Position numbers and translations under genes: made by a program. The notes under the pieces are model-generated. The model worked only from the letters and a program-made list of their open reading frames with translations, did no database searches and was not told the origin of the DNA. Shown piece by piece: positions 38,601-49,031 of a DNA stretch of 64,000 nt. Numbering within the stretch: the first letter of the stretch is position 1; every line of letters starts with the position of its first letter. The DNA is from Mizuhopecten yessoensis (lineage: Eukaryota), in contig NW_018408852.1 in the NCBI RefSeq assembly GCF_002113885.1, positions 727,751-791,750 of the forward strand, in the 5' to 3' direction.

Positions 38601-39674
38601 ATATAGCTTTGTGATGGTTGCATATTAATTAGCAAACGTATCATCACTAACAAATTCCTACGCGACCTGACTCGTCAGTACAACGATGTCGAGTATTGCA
38701 AAATGTAATATGAAATTGTCACAACTGACGTGTCGCAATTTGTGACAAGGGTTTACCATATTAATCCAAATTACAAACTAAATAAATTTTAACAAATCTA
38801 CTCCTTGTGAAACCTCCATGATCGAAAAATTGTGATAAAATGATATTTGTTATTAGACCAACAATTGCCCACTATATATTCATAAAGTGAAATAGGAGAG
38901 TGTGCATATACTCACACCAAGGCATTTGATCCTGTAACAGGTGGGAAGGAAAATATTCTCAAGAAACAAGATATGATTTATAATAACACACACGGTCGAG
39001 TGAATATAAACGATGCTGTTTTAGTAGTGTTTTCATCATGACCTTCTGGGGTCAAATATCGATAGTCGAATCTATCAAGCCGCAATTTCAAAGAGGATAA
39101 GCTCTTAGGAACCCACGAAACCGCAGATTTTGGTTGTAGATTGTCTGTGTGGAGAGGGTGAAGGTTTTTCCCATGGACGGTGTTGTGAGGCGGGTATAGA
39201 ATGTCCTACGTTAGTTGTATCACCCGAGCTTCACATGATAACTGCTGTCCTTATCTTCAGCACTCGACCTACAAGTCCTGAGCCTAGTTGTCGTCGTGTT
39301 AAAATTGAATCTCGCTGATAGGATGATCCACTTAATATCTGCTTAATATGTCTCGATACACATGGGTTAAGACAAGTTACGATTTAGAAATAACATTTTT
39401 TTTCTTCCAATTTTTCTAAATAAAGAACACTTATAACTATAGGAGTACTACGGATTTGCGTGTAAGATAACCATGCTTTCGATTCGCAAACAGAAGCTGA
39501 AAGTCTTTATCGAGTTTCATCACCATAAAATAAAATGTAGGATTGACACGGACTTCTCGATCTCCCGTCAACATTGTTCGTGAGAAAATATAAGTTCTAG
39601 TAAATAAAAATGTTAATATCTTCGGTGTCTTTATAGTTGCTGTTTACAGCCTCCTTGTCAGAGCGTTTAATTGA

Positions 39675-39742
39675 CCGGCAGGGGGCACCACAAGATGTGA
39701 TAAAGGGAAGATAACTGTGTGATATAGAGCGCCACCTGCCGC
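39675..39742. promoter_or_regulatory. Pair of oppositely oriented CTCF-like motifs
   Basis: CCGGCAGGGGGCAC (39675-39688, +) and GCGCCACCTGCCGC (39729-39742; reads GCGGCAGGTGGCGC on -), compared with the core CCRSYAGRKGGCRS. Confidence 0.4.
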
Positions 39743-40654
39743 TAATCGAGACAAGTGGTGTAATGATAGGTTGTTAACTGGTAAGGAAATATTTCTGTGA
39801 AATTTCACTTTTGAAATAAGTGACAAAAAATCATCAAAATGCTATGTATATATACATATTAAGGTAATTTGTGTTTGATTGATAAATTCTGGACGATTCA
39901 TGCAAAATTTTGTTTCCTATCTTGTGAATATATCTTAAGTACGTCGTTGCAGGTAAAAACTATCAAATATACGATTTCCATGCATAGATGTAAAACCAAA
40001 CCGTTAACCACTTTAGAAGTTTGCTTCAAAATATAAATAGCCGATTAAATCTTTAAATTACAGAAACACTCGGTTTTTAAAATGTGTACTTTTGCTAATT
40101 CAATATTAGATATCTAAATGTTATTGTATTTAAATCTCACAACTTCAAATATCTCATATACATTTTCCTTCATGAATGTGTAGAAACCATTGTTGAAGTT
40201 ATGGTTTAGATACATGAATTTACATGTATCAATCACTTTTTAATATCTTATGTAGAGAGATATTCGTTAGTGAAATATGCAATTTTTTACCTATTAAATA
40301 TTCATATCATAAATACACGCCTGTATAATGATATAAAATCGTACTTGTGTTTCATTTCAAATTGTACTTAAAAGTGAAAAACTATTAAGGGACATTCAAA
40401 TATTGTCATTTCCTCTTCCAAAAAATCCGATTGTAAACATGAAATCGATCAGAGGGCAATATGTGTCTGTTAGAAATAATATTTCGATCCCTGTGTTAGC
40501 CGGGTGTGTATCGCGCCTCGATAATTCACTGACAGTACATTATAATAGTAATATTTCGAGTTCTTATATACCGCTTTATCACAACCTAGTTCGTAGGTCG
40601 TCTCAAAGCCGTTCACAAATTATCATCCGTGGTTATAGGGTCTTTGTAATGTGA

Positions 40655-40888
40655 ATTTCTTTCTCAACTCCCTGGGAGCATTCAGCCGGAGCTGCCATTT
40701 CGGCGCTAACAGCTAGCTTTCAACAATTCTAGCACTGCCAGACCACATACTCATTTACAGCTGAGTAGACTGGAACAAGCGGAGTAAAGAATCTTGCTCG
40801 AAGATACAACACAGTGCCGTGCCGTGACTCGAACACGCAACCCTTCGGTCATGAGCCCGGCGTCCTACCACTAGACTACCGTGCCTCC
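40655..40888 (-). mobile_element. tRNA-derived SINE (head and body)
   Basis: Minus strand starts GGAGGCACGGTAGTCTAGTGGTAGGACGCCGGGC, with A-box TAGTCTAGTGG and B-box GTTCGAGTC (40826-40834). A CORE-like tgtgttgtatcttcgagcaagattcttta segment follows. No tRNA acceptor-stem closure. Confidence 0.85.
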
Positions 40889-41013
40889 GTACACTGATTG
40901 ATTGATGGTGCTTAGCATACTTATAACAAAGACAAGGACGTTAAGCACCATCGATCAATCATTCTTGTCATAACACAGCAGTATGTCGATATTTGAACAT
41001 CGCTCCCAATTTA

Positions 41014-41253
41014 TTCCGTCTTTGCGTATTGCAAAGTCTTGGGAGCAGGTATTGATTGTTACGTCATTGGTTTGTGTGAGAAAATTACGACGTTTTCTCA
41101 AAAATTGATGACGTTACTCTCACAAACAAGTGACGTAACAATCAATACCTGCTACCAAGAGAAGATAACTCTGCAATACGCAAAGACTGAATACAATTTC
41201 AGAGTTTAGCAAGTCTCACCCGAAGTTGAGGCACTGCTCTTTAAAAATAAAGT
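41014..41253. mobile_element. Palindromic element copy 3 (41014-41191) plus 60-bp tail (41194-41253)
   Basis: Same arms, with a small deletion in the left arm; TA on both sides. Tail is identical to 48796-48855. Confidence 0.9.
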
Positions 41254-41339
41254 TCGCAGTAACAATCTAGTTTTATAAACATTTGTATCCTCTTATATTA
41301 ACATATACACACAAGAGACACCAAGAGAATACCGAAATG

Positions 41340-42225
41340 TCTAAAAATAAATTAAGCTCAAAATCGATAAAAGAATTAGGAGAATAAGACCAAATTCTCT
41401 AGAAGATTAAGCATCTTTTGTTCAATCGACAACATTTGCCCTGTAAGTCTAAATCAAATCCAAGTAATGACGTCACATCCTCACATCGAGAACCCAGGCA
41501 GTGACAACAAAACCACAAGGTCATGTTGTTTATAAAAATCAAAAATATTGACCTCCATATCACACAAAATATAGCATATTTTCGTGCAGGATCCTGATGG
41601 AAACCCTATATTGTAAGTTTGTCCTCCAGCATTCGACATCTATGACGCAAATCATGATATTAGGAGCAATCTGTCGAGTACCGAAGCAACTGAGACATGA
41701 TAACATTGGAGGAAAGAGAAATAATGATGTTTTTATAAAAAAAAATAAGTTCACGATCGGAAAGTGGAAATCGTCCCACTTATCGTACAGCTCCGCAAGA
41801 AGCCGTTCCTGTTCGTCATGTTGTAAGTAAAGATCGTGGAAACCAAATGAAGAAGAGTCTGAGGTGTCTCTGATATCAAGTTCAGTTGGGTATATAGATC
41901 GATATGGTCAATGCATTTCTTGTTATTGAAAAACAGCATATCGTCGACATATATAAATGTTTAATTGAAGGACTTGGCTAGGATTTTGTAACCAGTCCTG
42001 ATAAGCTCATCAATAAATTCAGCTTGATATGCAAGCATAAACAAATCGGCCAGAAGAGGGGCCTATCTTGTTCTGAAAGGATGGCTTCAGTCTATTGGAA
42101 AATCTTGCCACCAAACTCAATTAAGATATTGTCAACCAGGAACTCAATCAATCTCACAATATCCTCCTCAGTATATTCCAAGTTGACCTTTGTTGAACTT
42201 TTCACTAAATAGTAGTTTTGCCATC
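41340..42225 (-). mobile_element. Decayed Penelope-like element reverse transcriptase (palm/thumb) plus 3' non-coding segment
   Basis: Minus strand with stops and frameshifts: YTEEDIVRLIEFLVDNILIEFGGKIFQ*, APLLADLFMLAYQAEFI, LAKSFN*TFIYVDDMLFFNN (YVDD at 41940-41951), IYPTELDIRDT, DLYLQHDEQERLLAELYDKWDDFHFPIVN, SQLLRYS. Confidence 0.92.
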
Positions 42226-42884
42226 ATACACACATAAATTCATATGTACACCCTATGCACAAATGAAGTACAATACATTCACCTTGCGTTACCTAATGTT
42301 AGAGTACACGAGCCCTATGTAAATAATCGTTACTTCTATGTATTATTGGACTTTGATATGTTAAATAGGCAATACACCTACAGATGTATGACAACTTGTG
42401 CGACGTAACCCGTGTCTACAGTCTACTTCTTGCGTTATGTATAATTATGACAATGCACGTGCAGCGCATGTTTAACGATTGTGTAATAAGCTATGACAGG
42501 GGACATTACGATGCCAGCAGGATTACAGAAGTGAATATCAGCACGAGATACAAATACATTGACGTGCATTTCAGCTCGTAATTGGACATTTTATGATATA
42601 TCATAACTACTTACTTATTTTTTACAGTAATGTACAGCATTGACCTGACGTTATCTCGGAAATGTTACATAGACACGCTGTAAAATTAGGGAACATAATC
42701 AGAGCCAACACGTGAGTGTCCATTAAAATCGGTTATGTCCTGAAACCATACCTCTCCTAACAAAAGTTTAATCAGATGACTTGTTATTGATGCCCAATGT
42801 GGTCAGAGAATCCTGCGATACCAGTCAAATATACCATACCATACCAGGGGATGTATCATAAAACCCGAAATAGCACGACTTACC

Positions 42885-42898
42885 GCGCCCTCTAGCGG
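42885..42898 (-). promoter_or_regulatory. CTCF-like motif
   Basis: Reads CCGCTAGAGGGCGC on the minus strand, a full match to the CTCF core consensus. Confidence 0.45.
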
Positions 42899-43442
42899 GA
42901 TACAAGCTGCTTGATGAAATAAACCAAGGGGATGAACCCACAGTGAGTTTTACTTCTCACGTTTTGAGCTCATTCTTGGCTCTTTTAAGATAACTAATCA
43001 AACAAGTACTTACATGTACAGGTATCATAATGAGTATGTTGACTATTATTCAGAACACCAAATAAACCTAGGTGCACATCATCTTGTCAACATAAATTGT
43101 TCATAAAGAATGTCGAACTGTATTATTATGAATGACTGTGTAATGTGATTGCTTAATTTTATGATATTTTAGGAAACCTGTTTAATGTTAACAAATGAAC
43201 GATTAAGATGGTTTTTATATCCCTCCCTCTCATTTATTTTGGTAAAAGGTCAGCTTTAAATATGTCGTCTTAACTGCATGTATAATGTGTAGAATACAAG
43301 TAGGTTCGTGTTGCATTTCCTATCAAACTAAATCCTGATAAGCGTCTGTATAATTTTTATGAATATATAATCAAGGTTTTTTACGCATCAGCCCCTGTTT
43401 AAACAGCAGGTTAGACCTATTTAGATTTTCACCTTTTTAACC

Positions 43443-43483
43443 CCTAGCATCATTGACGAGTCTTAAAAGGACGAAACAGCTGT
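43443..43483 (+). ncRNA. Degenerate minimal hammerhead-ribozyme-like motif
   Basis: cctagcatca-TTGACGA-GTCTT-aaa-AGGAC-GAAA-CAGCTG-T. Stem II is intact and stem III palindromic, but the core C is T and the cleavage triplet reads GTG. Confidence 0.6.
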
Positions 43484-43541
43484 GAAATTCATTTTTTGCA
43501 CACTGTATCTATTACCATATTTTAAAAGTGCAATCATCTTC

Positions 43542-43720
43542 TTTTTTTTTTTTTTTTTAGGTTCAAATATTTTACTTCCTCAGCAAGTGTTTAGGGAGGA
43601 TGCCAGGGTTGAGGAGCCCTGGGATCGTCCCCCTTTACAGTGTATTGTCCTCTCACAGGAGGGCTATCTTTCAACACTCGTCTTTCTTTCACATTCTTTC
43701 TTTCATATTTCATGAATTGG
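43542..43720 (-). mobile_element. Probable poly(A)-tailed 3' end of a non-LTR retroelement
   Basis: T-run at about 43542-43558 (poly-A on minus). On the minus strand it is preceded by GC-rich stem-loops (plus strand ccagggttgaggagccctgg, cctctcacaggagg) and a purine-rich tract. Confidence 0.4.
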
Positions 43721-43851
43721 ATGGAGACATGATAAAATATTTAAACCTAACTTAAAGGACGAACACCTACGTACATTGATACACACAACACGTACGTACA
43801 ATAACATATATACAAACATACACATACATATACATATATATATACACATTA

Positions 43852-44151
43852 TGGGGCAATAAAGTAACTCCAACAGCGTGGACAAGTTAAGGTTGTCAAA
43901 TCGAATTTTCGAAGCGATCCGCTCCTTTATCAAGACACCGTAAAACAGAACAGTTACATGTACATATACATCATATTACAAGAAGATAGAACTGATATGC
44001 TATAATTGAAAATATAGCTATTATATAAAACCAACAGTCCCCTCGGCTAAAGACAGCCGAAGGCAGCAATTAAGCTGAGAGCATCGCGGACAAGGAATAG
44101 CTATATTTTCAATTAACTTGTCCACACTGTTGGAATTACTTCTTTGCCCCA
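43852..44151. mobile_element. 300-bp MITE with 39-bp terminal inverted repeats and TA flanks
   Basis: TIRs 43852-43890 and 44113-44151 (4 mismatches); TA on both sides. Additional perfect 20-bp internal inverted repeat at 44003-44022 / 44096-44115. Confidence 0.85.
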
Positions 44152-45893
44152 TATACTATTATTTCAAGTAATTCGTATCCTACGTAGGACATACCTCCAT
44201 CAGGATCCAGTGTAATATGGGATTTTACCTTCTATATTACTTCTTTGACCCATATATATATATACATTCATAGACACAAAACATCTAGCATAACAAATTT
44301 GCATACAAACATACATTTTCAAATGTATACAATCACATGTGTTGAGTCTTTGCAGTTATGCTGTCGCTGCATACCAATTAAAACTTATCCGAATAGGATG
44401 GAACATAGTCTCGCTGTCTTAAATGAAGTGAATGAAGTATGACGAAAAAAGAGCAAAAAACATTTGTTCTTAATATTTAAAGAATCTTTATTAAAACTCA
44501 GTAAAAAAGGTCGAGATAAAATCACTTTAACCTATAAACACGTTTGAATTATGAATTAACTGAGAGTTAAACTATATTAGGAACCTAATGATGAGCTAGC
44601 TTGCTAAAGGAGTAAGGACGTACATAGGTATTGTAAATGCCAAAACAATACACTGTACAGCATCAAGGTACTTTGTTCCTTGTACATGGAAGGTTTGGGC
44701 TGCTCCTCCTTGGTTGAATGGACTTTTTTCTGTGTACTTGTTAGAAAAAAAAGAAATTGAGGTTTGTTTACTAAATCAGCAATAGGTTAATGTAACATAT
44801 ATACGTAACATATGATTATATCATCCTGTAAACATGTCTTATACACATCTATAAAAGTCACAGCTACTGTACCACAGACTTATTTATGATCATGTTTTGT
44901 TCATGGACACGTATATCACATGTCTATTCATAAAACACACTGAGAACAAGCCCAGTGCCTTTAACCACTACTGGAGTGACACTGTTGCTGGTGACACTCC
45001 AGCAATCTCCTGATTGTAAAACACGATATCAGAATATCATTATGAAACAAAAAAATCATTCTTCAAACATATCAAAACATCGAATTAATGATAGATACTA
45101 TATTACAGAGGAACTAGCATATGCCTGTAGCGTGACGTATTTCATATCATGTTTTAAAACAATCATTGTCGTCACAGCTAGTAAATTTCATACAAGTCTA
45201 ACTAACACATTACATTTTTGTTATTAACTTGATTGTTTGTAAAAATATCTCATGGAAAAAAAATCTATTTGAAAAATAGTCATTTTTCAATTAAAATAGA
45301 AGTATAATATATAACTAAGTAAATATCAAAAACACACTTTTTCTCTCGCGTCCTTCTGTATCAAATTTCCATTGTAAAGCAGCAAACAATAGATCTACAC
45401 ACCACAACATCAACACACAATGATTAAATCGGAATTAAGGTAAATTTATTTCCCAAGTTGTCATGGCGGCGACAAGTTCAATTACCTGACATTTATTATG
45501 AATGTATATGATACAAGAACGGAAGGCAATAATACAATGAAAGGAACATAAAATCGGCAAGTTAGAAAGTAGTGGTATATATTGTTTTTTTACTTGAGAT
45601 ATTTTTGCTATCGTTTTCGAATTCATAAGCCTGAAACATTTCAGAATGCTGGATTTTGACCAATACTCTTTTCAGTAATTTCATCTATGTTGTTAGAAAA
45701 ATAAACATATAAGTACGAAATTATGGTCATTCTAAACATTAAGCTTTATACTTGGGTATCTAATTTGTTCGGTTTCCAATGTCCCATTGGCCATATTAAG
45801 TAAATTTGTAAAATGAAAGAAAAAATAACCGAAGGTACATCAAAGTAAAGACAAGAACCCGCTAAAACGGTGAAGAAATCAGGTATTTTATGT

Positions 45894-46146
45894 ATCTCCA
45901 GCACACATGCATGCATACACACATAGGGAGATATTAGCTAGGTGGCATAGGATTAGTAGTAAGCGCCTGATAAGGCAGCTCCTGCGAGTTCCTCATAATT
46001 GAATTGATAAATGTATGTGCTTATTGTATTAACTGTATATCTATGTACTGTAAAGCGCTTTAGAGTGGCTTATGTTAGCTAGATAGGGCGCTATATCAAA
46101 TGTTGTATATTTATTTATTCATTTATTAATTAATTTATTTTATTTT
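45894..46146 (+). mobile_element. 3' portion of an L2-type LINE or L2-tailed SINE, copy 2
   Basis: Homologous to 19152-19366. Ends in tgtaaagcgctttagag...gggcgctatatcaaatgttgtata followed by a (TTTA)n-like tail. Confidence 0.8.
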
Positions 46147-48051
46147 GTATTTATGGTAGGGATAACCTTTCCCACGTCTTACTGTAAACTCAATTGAACG
46201 TTATCACTAGAAATAAAAAGAAAAGAAGTTCCTATTAAAATAAACTTGTTCGTAGATGCAAAAATACAATGTAAACATTTTACTGTACCATATAACATTT
46301 CGGCCATGTAGTACTCATTACCGAGTGCTGCAGATGTACTGCGGAGGTCAATAGAATTAATATGATGTTTTTAAAGAGTTCCGAATGCTATGTAGAATAT
46401 AGTGAAAGGAAAATGAAAATATATCCATAAAGCTCTTTATGACGTCACAATTCCATAACTCTAAGCTATCAGAGATATATTTTTCGCGATGTTATATTCA
46501 AACTTTGAAAGGTTATTGTCGTTTGTCGCTGACGAAAATGGTAATAAAATAAAACCCGACATTTTTATCGATAAAGAGTTCAGCTGTGTAAACAGTTGCA
46601 TGAACCTTTGATAAGCTACATAGAACGATAAAGGAACATAGATGCTGAGCCGTTGATATACAAATGATTTTTTAAGAGTGCATACTGTTTGAAATGGTAT
46701 ATTTCTAATCTTGTCGGTAAGTCTATTACATTGTACTACATTCTTGTTGCCCTCGGGGGTCTATGGTTCATCAGCATCGACATCTACCTTATTGCGGTAA
46801 TCCAATACAAGATGTATTAACCAAAACATTGACGTTGCTGTTACCATTCACGGAATCCCATCAACAAGACTTGAGGTCACAATGTCTACATATGAAGTTT
46901 AAAGTCAATCACGAATTTTTCTTCACTGGTCAGTAACACCAAATCGCCCTATGTACTACTTGCCTGTTTTCAAGGAATTCTATACGATATATTAAAAAAG
47001 TGTTCCCATAAAACGTTTTATCGTAAACTAAGCCGAGAAACAAATTTTACGACCCGCAGGGATTGACTAATAGCTCATATGTTTTTGCATAAGTGCTAAT
47101 GACCTCACCTATAACATCCAATGGAGAGAAGGATTATATTTGTAACTCATTTTTTATTTGTGACGTGTAAGCATGGTGATCTTAACATCGTACTACTTAA
47201 ACTTTTACCAATGATAATATGTTATTGAAATTACAAAAAAATACTGTTATAACCTCCCTCCTGATGGTTTAAAGTTTGTATAGTATTTATACAAGTTTGG
47301 TTGAAGTTTATGTTACTTATTAACAAACATTGCTACAATTGGAAGACGTTGTAAGCTTGCACGTGTGATTGTACATCGTCTTTGTAAAGGGGGAGTTCTA
47401 TGGTAGCGTATGAAAGAGTGTGATTCGTGTAGGGGCTGAGCTAAAGTGACAGTATCACCCCGTGGGGAGCTTGTAATGAGGGAGAGTTTTTCCTGGCCAG
47501 CGGGGGAGGCTATTCGACCCTACATCGTGATGGGACAGTTCGCAGTGTTTGATAAGAATTTAAGTGTTTTAGACAGATTGTGGAGAGAAGCAAGAGGATT
47601 ACATATATCCTTCATTTTTTTTATTTTCCCACGAAGATTGAACTTTTCCCAGTAATTTACCCCCCTATCGAATTAAATATTTACTGTGTAAAGATGTCGT
47701 AAAAAGTCCAAGTGATCCGAAATATTCGTCTAGGTTTACGAAACGCTTAAATGTTAGCCATCGTAACTGCAATGCAATGTCCTCGTGAAGCAAAACATAA
47801 CATGTAAACACTGTTTTACGACAGTTTGACTGTCGTCATCCCCCCGTGTCTTTGGCATGTCGTTAAATGTTAACGTTATCTTTATCTGTCATATCCGCTT
47901 CTTTTTCGTATTCCAAAAAACAAATAAGTATTTTGCTAATACATTGTATATTTCAATAATATCATGCTTATTTATAAATGTACGGACTTAAAGTATGATA
48001 ATGCATACATGACCAAATTAAAACTGATGCACTTGCATATTATTGCGATGT

Positions 48052-48607
48052 ATATACACTGCATCAGATAGGTTACAGGTAGGGTGTAGATCTCGCCCCC
48101 TCCCCTGTTATGTCAATATCGGGTCATACAGGTGACTCAGCTGGTGTCCCCCTCGTCTCTGTTCATGTACTGAGTTTTCCTGATTTTGATTGTGTGTTTT
48201 TTTATTTGTCTCGTTTTTTGTTTGTTTCCCATTCAACTATCTTGGCATTGTCCCAATCGACGATGTGATTTTGGGTGTTAGCATGATCTGTTAATGCCGA
48301 TTTTGTGTACTGGGTGGTGGATGTTTTGCGTGTGGATATGGTGAATGTGATGTTGCTCAGTTTCTCCACGTCCTTTCGATGTTCCTTCAGTCGTGTACCA
48401 ACTTTACTCCCAGTTTAACCTATATATGACTGCTGACATCTTTTGCATGGAATTTGATATATAATTCCTGTTTGTCCAAAATGTCAGTCTTGTCTTTGGT
48501 GTGCACCAGTAACTGTCTGAGGGTTGTCAGTGGTCTCATTTGGGTGCTGAAATGTTGTTTCCTCGTCACCCGTGCAAACGCCTCAAATGTCCCCTTGACG
48601 TAGGGTA
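48052..48607 (-). mobile_element. 5'-truncated Penelope element: pseudogenised C-terminal GIY-YIG endonuclease and start of the 3' UTR
   Basis: Minus strand with frameshifts and one stop: IPYVKGTFEAFARVTRK, LRQLLVHTKDK, GIIYQIPCKRCQQSYIG*TGSKVGTRLKEH, KSALTDHANTQNHIVDWDNAKI, MNRDEG, LSHLYDP. GIY-YIG core, CxxC/H/H motif and NRD motif of Penelope endonucleases. Confidence 0.93.
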
Positions 48608-48855
48608 TTCCGTCTTTGCGTATTGCAGAGTTATCTTCTCTTGAGAGCAGGTATTGATTGTTACGGCATTGGTTTGTGAGAGTAACGCCATCAATTTTTG
48701 AGAAGATGACGTAATTTTCTCAATCAAACCAATCACGTAACATTCAATACCCGTTCTCAAGAGAAGATAACTCTGCAATACGCAAAGACGGAATACAATT
48801 TCAGAGTTTAGCAAGTCTCACCCGAAGTTGAGGCACTGCTCTTTAAAAATAAAGT
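48608..48855. mobile_element. Palindromic element copy 4 (48608-48793) plus 60-bp tail (48796-48855)
   Basis: Same arms; TA on both sides. Spacer is in the copy 1 orientation. Tail is identical to 41194-41253. Confidence 0.9.
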
Positions 48856-49031
48856 ACCTGTAACATATCTGATGCAGTGTGTATCCGCTCCCTGTCGATA
48901 GGCGAAATGTCTCGGGTCGAGTGACATGAAAAATATACAATTTCGTCACATCGTTGTACAGGTAAATAATACAAATCGCTCACTCAATCATAAGTTGACA
49001 AAGGGACCAGTCGGTCTTGAAACGTTGCGAC
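48855..49031 (+). mobile_element. Probable inverted Penelope pseudo-LTR with a hammerhead-like motif
   Basis: 48855-48884 is the reverse complement of 48052-48081 (28/30). TTGACAAA-GGGACC-agtc-GGTCTT-GAAA-CGTT at 48995-49026 resembles the variant minimal hammerhead of PLE pseudo-LTRs. Confidence 0.55.

Noticed and set aside
40810-40888. Functional tRNA gene
   Set aside because: A and B boxes are present, but there is no closing acceptor stem and it runs into a SINE body.
41580-42225. Selenocysteine-recoded PLE ORF, as known for some Naiad elements
   Set aside because: The in-frame stops read here are TAA/TAG, not TGA, and there are several frameshifts, so this is ordinary decay.
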